A stretch of DNA of 64,000 nt, from positions 5,752 through 69,751 of the forward strand of contig JAZUCK010000017.1 of NCBI GenBank assembly GCA_045639065.1, read 5' to 3'. This document shows positions 35,388-44,792 of the stretch, one piece after another. A program made the translations under genes and the position numbers. Under the pieces are notes generated by a model. It worked only from the letters and a program-made list of their open reading frames with translations, was not told the origin of the DNA and made no database searches. The DNA comes from Alphaproteobacteria bacterium (GTDB lineage: Bacteria > Pseudomonadota > Alphaproteobacteria > RF32 > CAG-239). The first letter of the stretch is position 1; every line of letters starts with the position of its first letter.

Positions 35388-36963
35388 CGGATAATTCCTT
35401 TTTTAACAAATGCGCTATAATTTCTTTTATATTTAGTACATTAGTCAGCTTAGCACAGAAAATAAAGGTGGCAAGCCCAAAAACGCAAATAACGATAAAT
35501 AGAGCCAATTTTGGTAAAATACTAAGATGTAGCCAGTTATTTAAATAAAGATTTAGTGCATATTGTGATAAATATATTACTAAGCTCATGATAAGTGAAC
35601 ATATACAAATTTTTATAATTTTTATGACCAATGCTTTGGGGCAAGACCAAAATTCGCGTTTTTTTAAGCCTCGCATATATTGAAAAAGCGAAACAAAAGC
35701 CGAAATAGTTGTTGCGGTGGCAATTCCTACATGACCGAACGGCTTCATCAATAGAACAGCAAAAACAAGATTGGTAATCAGTACAACCATACTGTATTTT
35801 ACCGGTGTTTTAGTGTCGCCTCTGGCAAAAAAGTTTGGTGTTAAGGATTTTACCAAAACATAAGCCGGTAAACCGATTGCGTATACAATAACAGCCTTTG
35901 CGGTCATAATTGTTTCTTCTATACCGAATTTACCATGTTGGAATAAGATATTGATAATGGGGGTAGCTAAGGTTATTAAGGCAAAAGCTGCCGGAATTGA
36001 AAGTATAGCACCATATTCAAAAGCTTTGTTTTGTACTTCGATTGCTTCTTTAGTTTTGTTTGAACTTATGTGACGGGATAATATCGGCAATACGGCAACA
36101 GAAATTGCTGCCCCAACCACACCTAAAGGCAGTTGTTGCAAACGATTAGCATAGTATAACCAAGATATTGCACCTGTTCCGACTAATGAGACCAAAATAG
36201 TGTCAACAACCATGTTAATTTGGTAAATTCCCGCTCCTAAGACGCCTGGTGCGATGCGTTTGAACAAAGTTTTTATTTCAGCATCTTTGATTATTTTTAA
36301 AATTTTAAATTGAGGTTTGATATATACTTGTTGACGGTGTAGAAAAAACATCAACCATAAAATTTCGATAAATCCGGCGGTGGTAATACCGATGGCAATA
36401 CCGTGAGCGGCCGAAGGAGCAAAAGGAACAAAGATAAATATCGAAATAATCATCATCAGGTTCAAAATTACCGGAGCAACAGCCGGAGCGGCAAATTTGT
36501 TTAATGAGTTTAAGATACCTGATTGGAATGATACTATTGAAATAAACAACAAAAACGGAAAAGTTATGCGAGATAGTTCTATTGCTAAAGAGATTTTTTC
36601 CGGTTCATCAGCAAAGCCGGGGGCGAGAATTGCAACTACCCAAGGCATAAGCCATTCAACCAAAACAACGAATAACCCTACAAAAAAGGCTAATACCGAA
36701 ATGGCTTTGGCGGCAAATAAAACAGCTTGTTTTTTATCTTCGCAGACTAATTTTTGTGATAGCATAGGCACAAAAGCGGTGGTAAAAGCACCTTCGGCAA
36801 AAAGCGAGCGAAACAAGTTAGGCAATTTAAATGCCACAAAGAAGGCATCTGATACAAGGCCGGCTCCCAAAAAATTGGCCAAAATCATATCACGGAAGAA
36901 TCCGGTTATGCGTGATAAAAGGGTAAAACCGCCAAAGGTGGCAATAGATTTAAATAAATTCAT
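35368..36963 (-). CDS. murJ: Lipid II flippase MurJ
   Basis: 531 aa, about 14 TM segments. N-terminus GGFTLLSRITGFFRDMILANFLGAGLVSDAFFVAFKLPNLFRSLFAEGAF is the canonical MurJ/MviN pattern. Confidence 0.92.
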   Translation of the reverse strand: MNLFKSIATFGGFTLLSRITGFFRDMILANFLGAGLVSDAFFVAFKLPNLFRSLFAEGAFTTAFVPMLSQKLVCEDKKQAVLFAAKAISVLAFFVGLFVVLVEWLMPWVVAILAPGFADEPEKISLAIELSRITFPFLLFISIVSFQSGILNSLNKFAAPAVAPVILNLMMIISIFIFVPFAPSAAHGIAIGITTAGFIEILWLMFFLHRQQVYIKPQFKILKIIKDAEIKTLFKRIAPGVLGAGIYQINMVVDTILVSLVGTGAISWLYYANRLQQLPLGVVGAAISVAVLPILSRHISSNKTKEAIEVQNKAFEYGAILSIPAAFALITLATPIINILFQHGKFGIEETIMTAKAVIVYAIGLPAYVLVKSLTPNFFARGDTKTPVKYSMVVLITNLVFAVLLMKPFGHVGIATATTISAFVSLFQYMRGLKKREFWSCPKALVIKIIKICICSLIMSLVIYLSQYALNLYLNNWLHLSILPKLALFIVICVFGLATFIFCAKLTNVLNIKEIIAHLLKKELSDAKEKN

Positions 36964-37105
36964 TTTCTTAAAGGCGTCTAGTGTTTTGTTGTTCTCAAAA
37001 AAAGATTATACAGCATAATTTTTAGATTAAAACAAAAAATATAAGGTGTTGCATAAATTGATATTGCATGTTATAATAAAGAAAAGCCAAACAAGGAGAT
37101 GTGCT

Positions 37106-37351
37106 ATGACAGATGTAAGCGAATTAAAGAAGCTTTACCCGGACGAGCTATCTGCCGGTGGAATTGAATATACTCAAGTCAATGTTCCTTATCGCAGCGT
37201 TGATGATATGAAACAAGGGATGGATATTATAGGTGTTGGCGTTGTGAAAGATGTTCCACCATATGCAGCAGCTAAATTATCGGAAAGAATAAGTAAAATA
37301 ACAAAAGATTTGTCACCTTTAATAATGGCACAAAAAAATATCGGAAGATAA
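37106..37351 (+). CDS. Small hypothetical protein (81 aa)
   Basis: ATG 37106 is preceded by AAGGAGA. No recognisable domain. Followed by a strong terminator. Confidence 0.5.
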   Translation: MTDVSELKKLYPDELSAGGIEYTQVNVPYRSVDDMKQGMDIIGVGVVKDVPPYAAAKLSERISKITKDLSPLIMAQKNIGR

Positions 37352-37364
37352 TAAGAGAGATTAA

Positions 37365-37394
37365 AATAAACCCCCGAAAAATTCGGGGGTTTAT
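37365..37394. terminator. Bidirectional terminator (typA / small ORF)
   Basis: AAA-CCCCCGAA-aaa-TTCGGGGG-TTTAT. Confidence 0.8.
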
Positions 37395-37399
37395 CATTA

Positions 37400-39217
37400 T
37401 TACATAACTTCAGGTTTGGCACGACGGCGGGCAATCGGATCCAAAATACGTTTGCGCAAGCGCAAAGTTTTTGGGGTAACTTCCAAAAGCTCATCATCTT
37501 GGATATAAGACAAACCTTGTTCCAAAGACATTTTTCTTGGCGGAATCAAGTCGATTGCTTCATCTTTACCGGCAGCACGAATATTTGTCAGCTGTTTTGA
37601 TTTGCAAGGGTTAACTTCCAAATCGTTCGGCTTGGTGTGCTCGCCTATTATCATGCCTGTATATACAGGTACACCGGAATCGATAAACATCGGGCCTCTG
37701 TCTTGCAACTTCCACAAAGAATAAGCCACAGCATCACCGGTTTCGGAAGAAATAAGAACACCTGTGCGACGAGAGTTAATTTCGCCTTTGTATGGTTCAT
37801 AGCATTTGAACAAGCGGTTCATAACGCCTGTTCCACGTGTATCGGTCAAAAATTCGGAGTGATAACCGATAAGTCCGCGAGAAGGTGCGTTAAATATCAA
37901 ACGGCATTTGTTACCGACTTGTGATGGTATCATATCAATCATTTCGGCACGGCGTTGACCGAGTTTTTCAACTACGGCACCGGAAAATTCTTCGTCAACG
38001 TCAACAACAACTTCTTCAATCGGTTCTAAAAGCTGACCATTTTCGTCTTTTTTCATCAAAACACGAGGACGCGAAATTGATAATTCAAATCCTTCACGAC
38101 GCATTGTTTCAATCAAAACACCTAGTTGAAGTTCGCCACGACCGGCTACTTCAAAAGCATCGGAAGTATCGGTACGTGAAATTTTCAAAGCAATATTGCC
38201 TTCGGCTTCTTTGCAAAGTCTGTCCCAAATCATACGTGAAGTAACTTTGTCGCCTTCACGGCCGGATAAAGGAGAATCGTTGATTGAAAAAGTCATTGCC
38301 AAAGTCGGTGGGTCAATCGGTTGGGCTTTGATTGCCTCATTAACGTCAAAAGCACAAATAGTATCGGCAACCGTTCCTTTTACTACGCCGGCAACCGCAA
38401 TGATATCGCCGGCATGAGCGACTTCCAAGCTTTCTCGATTTAAGCCACGATAAGCCAAAATTTTACTGATACGGACACGTTCAATCTCTTTGTTTTCGCC
38501 ATTTAAAACTTTTACGGTATCATTCACATGCAAAGTACCTGATTGTACTTTACCGGTCAATAAACGTCCGATAAATTTGTCGGCTTCCAAAGTTGTGGCA
38601 AGCATAGAAAAAGGTGCATCAGGTTGGCAATCGGGTTCAGGAAAATATTCGCAAATCTTTTCAAAAAGTGGTGTTAAATCTTTTTTCTCATCTTCCAATT
38701 CATTAACAGCCCAACCGCTACGTCCCGAAGCATACAAAACCGGAAAGTCAAGTTGTTTGTCATTAGCATCTAAGCTTACAAACAAGTCAAAAACTTCGTT
38801 CAATACTTCGTCGCAACGGGCATCGGCTTTGTCGGCTTTGTTAATTACAACAATCGGACATAGTCCCAATTTTAAGGCTTTTCCGAGAACGAATTTAGTT
38901 TGGGGCATCGGACCTTCGGAAGAATCGACCAACAATACCACACCGTCAACCATTGACAATATACGTTCTACTTCGCCACCAAAGTCTGCGTGTCCGGGGG
39001 TGTCGACAATATTGATATGTGTACCTTTCCAATTTACCGAAGTACACTTTGAAAGAATGGTAATACCGCGTTCGCGTTCCAATTCATTACTATCCATAAC
39101 GCAGGTTTCAACCTGTTGGTTTTCTCTGAAAGTGCCACTTTGTTTCAAAAGTCCGTCAACCATTGTAGTCTTTCCATGGTCAACGTGGGCTATGATGGCA
39201 ATATTTCTCATATTCAT
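37400..39217 (-). CDS. typA: Translational GTPase TypA/BipA
   Basis: 605 aa. NIAIIAHVDHGKTT, DTPGHADFGGEVER, NKADK and EF-G-like domains. Confidence 0.97.
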   Translation of the reverse strand: MNMRNIAIIAHVDHGKTTMVDGLLKQSGTFRENQQVETCVMDSNELERERGITILSKCTSVNWKGTHINIVDTPGHADFGGEVERILSMVDGVVLLVDSSEGPMPQTKFVLGKALKLGLCPIVVINKADKADARCDEVLNEVFDLFVSLDANDKQLDFPVLYASGRSGWAVNELEDEKKDLTPLFEKICEYFPEPDCQPDAPFSMLATTLEADKFIGRLLTGKVQSGTLHVNDTVKVLNGENKEIERVRISKILAYRGLNRESLEVAHAGDIIAVAGVVKGTVADTICAFDVNEAIKAQPIDPPTLAMTFSINDSPLSGREGDKVTSRMIWDRLCKEAEGNIALKISRTDTSDAFEVAGRGELQLGVLIETMRREGFELSISRPRVLMKKDENGQLLEPIEEVVVDVDEEFSGAVVEKLGQRRAEMIDMIPSQVGNKCRLIFNAPSRGLIGYHSEFLTDTRGTGVMNRLFKCYEPYKGEINSRRTGVLISSETGDAVAYSLWKLQDRGPMFIDSGVPVYTGMIIGEHTKPNDLEVNPCKSKQLTNIRAAGKDEAIDLIPPRKMSLEQGLSYIQDDELLEVTPKTLRLRKRILDPIARRRAKPEVM

Positions 39218-39230
39218 CTTTTCTTTTTCT

Positions 39231-39269
39231 CCTAAAGTATCATCATGTCATAAAATGCTCACTTATGTA
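39231..39269. repeat. 39-nt perfect direct repeat, copy 1 (overlaps the typA Shine-Dalgarno region)
   Basis: cctaaagtatcatcatgtcataaaatgctcacttatgta. An identical copy lies 107 nt away. Confidence 0.9.
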
Positions 39270-39337
39270 CTCTTTATTTGTACACCGCGTTTGCATTTTA
39301 TTTCCAGCATGACACTTTATGAGAAAAAAGGTCATGC

Positions 39338-39376
39338 CCTAAAGTATCATCATGTCATAAAATGCTCACTTATGTA
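39338..39376. repeat. 39-nt perfect direct repeat, copy 2
   Basis: Identical to 39231-39269. The flanking about 65 nt are also related (tttgtacac..., ttccagcat...). Confidence 0.9.
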
Positions 39377-39879
39377 TTTATTTTTGTACACTGCAAAATT
39401 AAAATAACTTCCAGCATTTACTTTTATAAAAGAAACGCAAAAGTGACATGATATTATTTATAAAATTTTTTACAAAATACACTTATGAATTTAAATTTCA
39501 ATAAAAAACAACAATGTTTTTTCTATTTTTTAAATAAGTGCTGAGTTTATTTAAACTCATCTGGATTTTTAAGGCAACTGAAGTTATAAAAAAATCCTTT
39601 CTTCCCTTAAAATTAAGGGAAGAGAAATAATGTCATGCCCTAAACGAAGCGTCAGCAAAGTGCGGACAGGCATCTTCCGCTTTCTTATGTTACTTTTTGG
39701 TGAGCAAAAAGTAACCAAAAACTCCCGCTCAAGATGTTTTTTTATACGCTTTTTTACTCGGATGTGCCTTTCACTATCGTTGGCAGGCTTTTATCGTATA
39801 AAAGGAGAATCTCCTCGTAAAAAAGCTAAAAAACATAAATCGCGGTTCTTGATTTTTCATTTTTTTGTCTAAAAATATA

Positions 39880-39908
39880 TTTACTTAATCTTAAAAATAT
39901 GCTATTAT
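39880..39908 (+). promoter_or_regulatory. Sigma70-like promoter TTTACT-N17-TATTAT upstream of the (AC)10 leader
   Basis: Hexamers and a 17-nt spacer were read directly. No experimental support. Confidence 0.4.
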
Positions 39909-39943
39909 GATACATACATTAACGAAACCAAGGGGTTTAAGAT

Positions 39944-40027
39944 ATGTGTGAAGTAATGCGTAATATCAACAAAGTAAGAAGTGTGAAAGTGGCGGAAATC
40001 TACACACACACACACACACACATTTAA
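39944..40027 (+). CDS. Putative 27-codon leader ORF containing the (AC)10 tract (MCEVMRNINKVRSVKVAEIYTHTHTHI*)
   Basis: ATG 39944 is preceded by AAGGGG 7 nt upstream. Stop TAA is at 40025-40027. Below the length threshold of the ORF track. Coding status is uncertain. Confidence 0.3.
   Translation: MCEVMRNINKVRSVKVAEIYTHTHTHI
40002..40022. repeat. Dinucleotide microsatellite (AC)10A
   Basis: Read directly (tctACACACACACACACACACACAttt). Confirmed by the KCVCVCVCRF stretch in the antisense track ORF. Confidence 0.95.
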
Positions 40028-40061
40028 ACTCTGCAAAGCACAATATAAACGAGATGAACAT

Positions 40062-40101
40062 ACACCCAAAGGGATAATACTCCTTTGGGTGTTTTGCTTT
40101 T
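40062..40101 (+). terminator. Intrinsic terminator between the leader ORF and the 412-aa gene
   Basis: ACACCCAAAGG-gataatact-CCTTTGGGTGT: a perfect 11-bp stem followed by TTTGCTTTT. Confidence 0.7.
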
Positions 40102-40123
40102 GTACAAAACAAGGAGAAGAGAG

Positions 40124-41362
40124 ATGGGAATAGAGGATATTCTAAAAGAATTAGGTCTGAAGACAAATGATCCGGAAGAGCATTTGAGAGAATTAGCCGA
40201 TAATTGTGATTTTAAAACATATAAAAATGAATTTATGCCTGAAAAATCTGATCCTGAAAAATTTGTTGTAAAAACGGTTAAAGAAACGGGAAGCGGATAT
40301 GTCATAGATATGGATAATATGGTTATACCGGGGATAAGTTCTCCATGTTTTGTACCTAAAGAATGCGGTATTGATATGAAGGAAGGAATGTTAGTAATAC
40401 GTGATAGTGGATTTTTGGGTGTAAATTGTGCAACTACTTTTTATTCCCCTCAAGGAGAATTATTGGGAGGATATAAAGATGTTAATGGAGCCAGGGAAAT
40501 TATTAAACTAAATAAAAAAAGTGGAAAAGAATGTAATGCTACGCTAAAAGAACGGATCGCTAATAAAAAAATAAACAATAAAGTTGAATTAGCGACAGTG
40601 TGGGTAGATCCAAACGATCCTAGTAAAGGAAGAGTTCCAGTTAGTCTTTTGGATACTAGAAGCTTATTAGATAAAATAAGAGAAAGAAAAAAAGGTATAA
40701 AAGGTATAAAAGGGGATGTGGCTACGCTAAAAGAACGGATCGCTGATAAAATAAACAATGAAGGTGAATTAGCCGATAATTGTGATTTTAAACCAAATAA
40801 AAATGACAGATCCGGTGATGAACGCCAAAGCTTTGCATCATTAGTAGCAAAAATGGCTGTTGCAGAAAACAGGTCAAAAACTCCGGATGATATATTAGCT
40901 GAAGATAAACAGTGTACAGTAGGGAGAACACCTGATGATATTGCTAAGGCACATGAATCAATAGATAAAATGCCACAAGCATTAAGCCTGCTAGGCAAGG
41001 CAATGATGGATGAAGGTTTACCTGGTTTTAGGGTCGTTTCTAAACTTAAAGATATTAGAGATATTCTATCATCACAAGGTGCAGAAAGAGATTATTATAC
41101 TAAAGAAAAGGAGGCGTTTTTTGCACCTGATATGCCTGCTGTGGAATGTCTTGAGCAACTTCAGAAAGATGGCGTTTTGAATGAGAAGCTAGCTATATTG
41201 AAGCCTGAAAAATTTTTAGAGTCAAAAATAGTTACAACTGCGGCAGGACTTCATGTTGCAAATATTGATTTAAGGAATACTCCAACAATGCAAAACTATA
41301 AGAGGTTTATAAACTGTATAAGGAGCAATTCTTCATATAATAAATGGGGTAAAAAATACTAA
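40124..41362 (+). CDS. Orphan hypothetical protein (412 aa) with internal sequence duplications
   Basis: ATG 40124 follows AAGGAGAAGAGAG. Internal repeats: ELADNCDFK(T/P).KN occurs twice and ATLKERIA(N/D)K..NN occurs twice. No signal peptide, TM segment or known domain seen. Confidence 0.7.
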   Translation: MGIEDILKELGLKTNDPEEHLRELADNCDFKTYKNEFMPEKSDPEKFVVKTVKETGSGYVIDMDNMVIPGISSPCFVPKECGIDMKEGMLVIRDSGFLGVNCATTFYSPQGELLGGYKDVNGAREIIKLNKKSGKECNATLKERIANKKINNKVELATVWVDPNDPSKGRVPVSLLDTRSLLDKIRERKKGIKGIKGDVATLKERIADKINNEGELADNCDFKPNKNDRSGDERQSFASLVAKMAVAENRSKTPDDILAEDKQCTVGRTPDDIAKAHESIDKMPQALSLLGKAMMDEGLPGFRVVSKLKDIRDILSSQGAERDYYTKEKEAFFAPDMPAVECLEQLQKDGVLNEKLAILKPEKFLESKIVTTAAGLHVANIDLRNTPTMQNYKRFINCIRSNSSYNKWGKKY

Positions 41363-41365
41363 AAT

Positions 41366-41406
41366 CAAAAACCCCCGATTTGAAAAAGTCGGGGGTTTGT
41401 TTTTTT
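41366..41406. terminator. Bidirectional terminator (412-aa ORF / pfkB-family kinase)
   Basis: AAAAA-CCCCCGA-tttgaaaaag-TCGGGGG-TTTGTTTTTT. Confidence 0.8.
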
Positions 41407-42430
41407 AAGCTCGTTTGCCGTAGGATAATAACTTATTTCTGACAAAACCTCTTAGAGATATTTCAGGTCTGGCGCCATAGTGAGATATTACTTCGGCTGC
41501 GGCAATAGAACCAATCATGGCGCAAGTACCGAGCGAACGTCCTTGAGTCATACCATATAAGAAGCCTGCCGCATACAAATCACCGGCACCGGTGGTATCT
41601 ACCACATTTTCAACCACTTCGGCTTCAACAAAAGTTTTGGTGCGACCGTTTACAATAGCCGAACCTTTTTCACTACGTGTAATGGCGGCTATTTCAACAT
41701 GAGGTTTTATTAAATCAAGACATTCGAAAAAATCTTCACCCTTAAAAAGAGCCCTTATTTCGTTTTCATTGGCAAACAATATATCGACATTTTCTTTGAT
41801 AAATTCTAACAAGATATCTTCTTTGCCTTTGATACAGCTGATATCCGATAAGGTATAAGCAACTTGACGGTTGTATTTGTGGGCAATCTCAGCGGCTTTT
41901 TTGGCAATATTGATACCGTTATCATAATCTAGGATATAGCCTTCGATGTAGGTAATGCGGCTTGCTTTGATGATGTTTTCGTCAATATCTTCTTCGCTTA
42001 AATAGGTGTTGGCACCAAGATAAGTAAACATTGAACGTTGGGCATCCGGTGTAACCAATACGATTGAACGTCCGGTCATCGGGCCTTCTTTCAAGGGTTC
42101 GGTAAAAAAGTCGATACCTGCCGAACCGATATCTTTGGTAAATTCTTGTCCCAAAAAATCGTCATGAACTTTGCCTATAAAAGCAGGTGCTCCGCCAAGT
42201 GAGGCCAATCCTGCGACGGTGTTGGCTGCCGAACCTCCTGATACTTGACATTCCGGTACTATATCAGCATAAATTTTGCCGGCATCTTGGGCATTTAATA
42301 ATGTCATACAGCCTTTCGGTAAGTTGCGTTCGGTTAAGAATCGGTCGCCGACTTTGGCTAAAACGTCAACAATAGCATTGCCGATACCGACTACGTCATA
42401 ATAGGTAGCAACTTCAGTTTGTTTAATCAT
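41405..42430 (-). CDS. PfkB-family sugar/nucleoside kinase (adenosine-kinase-like)
   Basis: 341 aa. GGSAANTV and DTTGAGDLYAAGFLYG motifs. Confidence 0.85.
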   Translation of the reverse strand: MIKQTEVATYYDVVGIGNAIVDVLAKVGDRFLTERNLPKGCMTLLNAQDAGKIYADIVPECQVSGGSAANTVAGLASLGGAPAFIGKVHDDFLGQEFTKDIGSAGIDFFTEPLKEGPMTGRSIVLVTPDAQRSMFTYLGANTYLSEEDIDENIIKASRITYIEGYILDYDNGINIAKKAAEIAHKYNRQVAYTLSDISCIKGKEDILLEFIKENVDILFANENEIRALFKGEDFFECLDLIKPHVEIAAITRSEKGSAIVNGRTKTFVEAEVVENVVDTTGAGDLYAAGFLYGMTQGRSLGTCAMIGSIAAAEVISHYGARPEISLRGFVRNKLLSYGKRA

Positions 42431-42503
42431 GATACCTCTCTTACAAGATAAAAAACTCCCCTTTCTTTGCCAAAAGAGGAGTTTTTAATGATTTTGTTAA
42501 AAA

Positions 42504-42743
42504 TTACTCATTTGCGTTTGGCAAATTTTTAGCATTTTCTTGAGCATATTTAACCCATTTTTCGTCAGCTTCATCTTCAGGAGTGATAGCTTCTTGAGGG
42601 CATTCAGAAATGCAAACACCGCAATCAATACATACATCAGGATCAATTACCAACATATTTTCAGCTTCACGGAAAGCATCAACAGGGCATACTTCAACGC
42701 AAGATTTGCATTTTACGCAAGCATCATTAACAACAGATACCAT
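42504..42743 (-). CDS. 2x[4Fe-4S] ferredoxin
   Basis: [12 protein letters not shown] and [12 protein letters not shown] motifs. I set the start at ATG 42743, preceded by a GGAG RBS. Confidence 0.9.
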   Translation of the reverse strand: MVSVVNDACVKCKSCVEVCPVDAFREAENMLVIDPDVCIDCGVCISECPQEAITPEDEADEKWVKYAQENAKNLPNANE

Positions 42744-42894
42744 TATATTAAACTCCAATAGTTATTTATTAAAAAAATCAGACTACAATGTAACCAATTT
42801 GCAAAATAAATCAAGTATAATCTTGCAATAAATAAAAAAAGTTACTAACTATGAACATAGTTACTAATTAAAAAAACTTATGGGAGTTTGTTTT

Positions 42895-44736
42895 ATGTCC
42901 GATAAAATTGCCTTTCAGGCTGATGTCAGCAAAATGCTCGATATCGTGATAAATTCGTTATATTCCGAAAAACAGATATTTTTAAGAGAACTTATTTCAA
43001 ATGCTTCAGATGCTTGTGATAAGCTTAGATATTTGGCATTAACACAGCCGGATATTGCAAAGGCTTCGGGTGCTTTTAAAATTGTACTAAAACCTGATGA
43101 AAAAGAAAATACTTTGACCATTTCGGATAACGGAATCGGTATGAATAAGCAAGATTTGATTGATCATTTGGGAACGATTGCCAAATCTGGTACTGCCGAT
43201 TTTGTGAAAAATGCTTCGGATAACGGCTCAATATGTGAGCTTATCGGACAGTTCGGTGTGGGCTTTTATTCGGCATTTATGGTGGCTGATAAGGTCGAGA
43301 TTATTACTAAAAAAGCCGGTGAAGACCAAGCTTGGAAATGGGTTTCGAACGGAATCGACGGTTTTGAGATAAGTGAAGCAAAAAAAGATGTAAACGGTAC
43401 CGAAATTAAACTGTTTTTGAAAAAAGATGAGAAAAATTATGTCGATACTATTTACCTAAGACATATTGTCAGAACTTATTCCGATCATATTGATTATCAA
43501 ATTGTGCTTGACTTGGGTGATGTCGGAGAAGAAACCATTAACAAAGGTTCTGCTTTGTGGGCAAGAAACAAGGCTGAAATTACAGCTGATCAGTACAAAG
43601 ATTTTTATCAGCATATTTCTCACAATTTTGACGATCCTTGGCTTACGTTGCACTTTAAGGCAGAGGGCAATTTGGAATATACCGGTTTGCTGTTTGTTCC
43701 TAAAAAAGCTCCGTATGATTTGTTTCAGCCGGATAAGAAGAATTCGTTTAAGCTATATATAAATAAAGTATTTATTTCCGATAAAATCGAACAACTTATG
43801 CCTAATTATTTGCGTTTTGTAAAAGGCGTTATCGATAGTGCGGATTTACCTTTGAATATATCGCGTGAAATGTTGCAAAATTCGCCTTTGATGGAAAAAA
43901 TTAAAAACGGTACGGTTTCACGTTTGTTGAAAGAGCTGAAAAAGAAAACCAAAGATTATGATGATTACATCGAATTTTGGAAAAACTTCGGAATCGTCTT
44001 AAAAGAAGGTATTTATGAAGATATAAAAAATCGTGAAGATATTGCGACAATTTCATATTTTTATTCAACAAATGATAACGAGCGATTGACTTCGTTGGAC
44101 GAATATATTTCCCGTTGCGACAAGGATCAAAAGGCAATTTATTATATTACCGGTGATGATATTGCCGTATTGCGTAATAATCCCCAGTTGGAAGCTTTTA
44201 AGCAAAAGGGAATCGAGGTTTTGCTTATGAACGAGCCGATTGATGAATTTTGGCCTCAGGTCTTGCCAAATTATAAGGGTTATACTGTTAAGCATATTTC
44301 ACAAGCTGATGTTGATATGACTTGGAAACGAGAAGATAAAAAAGCTGATGAAGGCAGTCTTACCAAGCTTTGTGAATTTATGAGCGAGCTTTTGAAAAAT
44401 GAAGTAGGTAAGGTCGTATCAACCGAAAAATTGACAACTTCGCCGGTAAGCCTTACTGTTGAAGGCGGACAGATGAGTTTGCACTTAGAAAGATTGATGA
44501 GAAATCATCAACAACAAACGGCTTTTGCTTCGACCAGAATTTTAGAGCTTAACCCGTATCATCCGCTTATTATTAAGCTTAGCGATATGGTGATGAATGA
44601 AGAAAATAAGACAAAGGTCGAAGAGATTGCTAAGCTGTTACTTGATCAGGCAAAAGTAGCTGAAGGCGAACCTATATCAGATCCGTCTTTTTATGCTAAA
44701 AAAATAAGTGATTATATATTGGCTTCGCTAAGTTAA
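42895..44736 (+). CDS. htpG: Molecular chaperone HtpG (Hsp90)
   Basis: FQADVSKMLDIVINSLYSEKQIFLRELISNASDA, GQFGVGFYSAFMVA. Start at ATG 42895 after GGGAG. Confidence 0.97.
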   Translation: MSDKIAFQADVSKMLDIVINSLYSEKQIFLRELISNASDACDKLRYLALTQPDIAKASGAFKIVLKPDEKENTLTISDNGIGMNKQDLIDHLGTIAKSGTADFVKNASDNGSICELIGQFGVGFYSAFMVADKVEIITKKAGEDQAWKWVSNGIDGFEISEAKKDVNGTEIKLFLKKDEKNYVDTIYLRHIVRTYSDHIDYQIVLDLGDVGEETINKGSALWARNKAEITADQYKDFYQHISHNFDDPWLTLHFKAEGNLEYTGLLFVPKKAPYDLFQPDKKNSFKLYINKVFISDKIEQLMPNYLRFVKGVIDSADLPLNISREMLQNSPLMEKIKNGTVSRLLKELKKKTKDYDDYIEFWKNFGIVLKEGIYEDIKNREDIATISYFYSTNDNERLTSLDEYISRCDKDQKAIYYITGDDIAVLRNNPQLEAFKQKGIEVLLMNEPIDEFWPQVLPNYKGYTVKHISQADVDMTWKREDKKADEGSLTKLCEFMSELLKNEVGKVVSTEKLTTSPVSLTVEGGQMSLHLERLMRNHQQQTAFASTRILELNPYHPLIIKLSDMVMNEENKTKVEEIAKLLLDQAKVAEGEPISDPSFYAKKISDYILASLS

Positions 44737-44792
44737 TCAAATTTTATCTTTTTTATGATAAGTAGAGAGCATAATTAAAAAAGGAATCGATT

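Noticed and set aside
38490-39407. 305-aa plus-strand ORF
   Set aside because: It is entirely antisense to the highly conserved typA gene and is Ser/Thr/Lys-rich and low-complexity. It is a typical shadow ORF of an AT-rich coding strand.
39630-39872. 80-aa plus-strand ORF in the typA/orphan gap (MSCPKRSVSKVRTGIFRFLMLLFG...)
   Set aside because: It has no RBS and is very basic and low-complexity. It spans a perfect 11-bp hairpin (39689-39715). It is more likely non-coding or decayed DNA. I could not support it as a gene.
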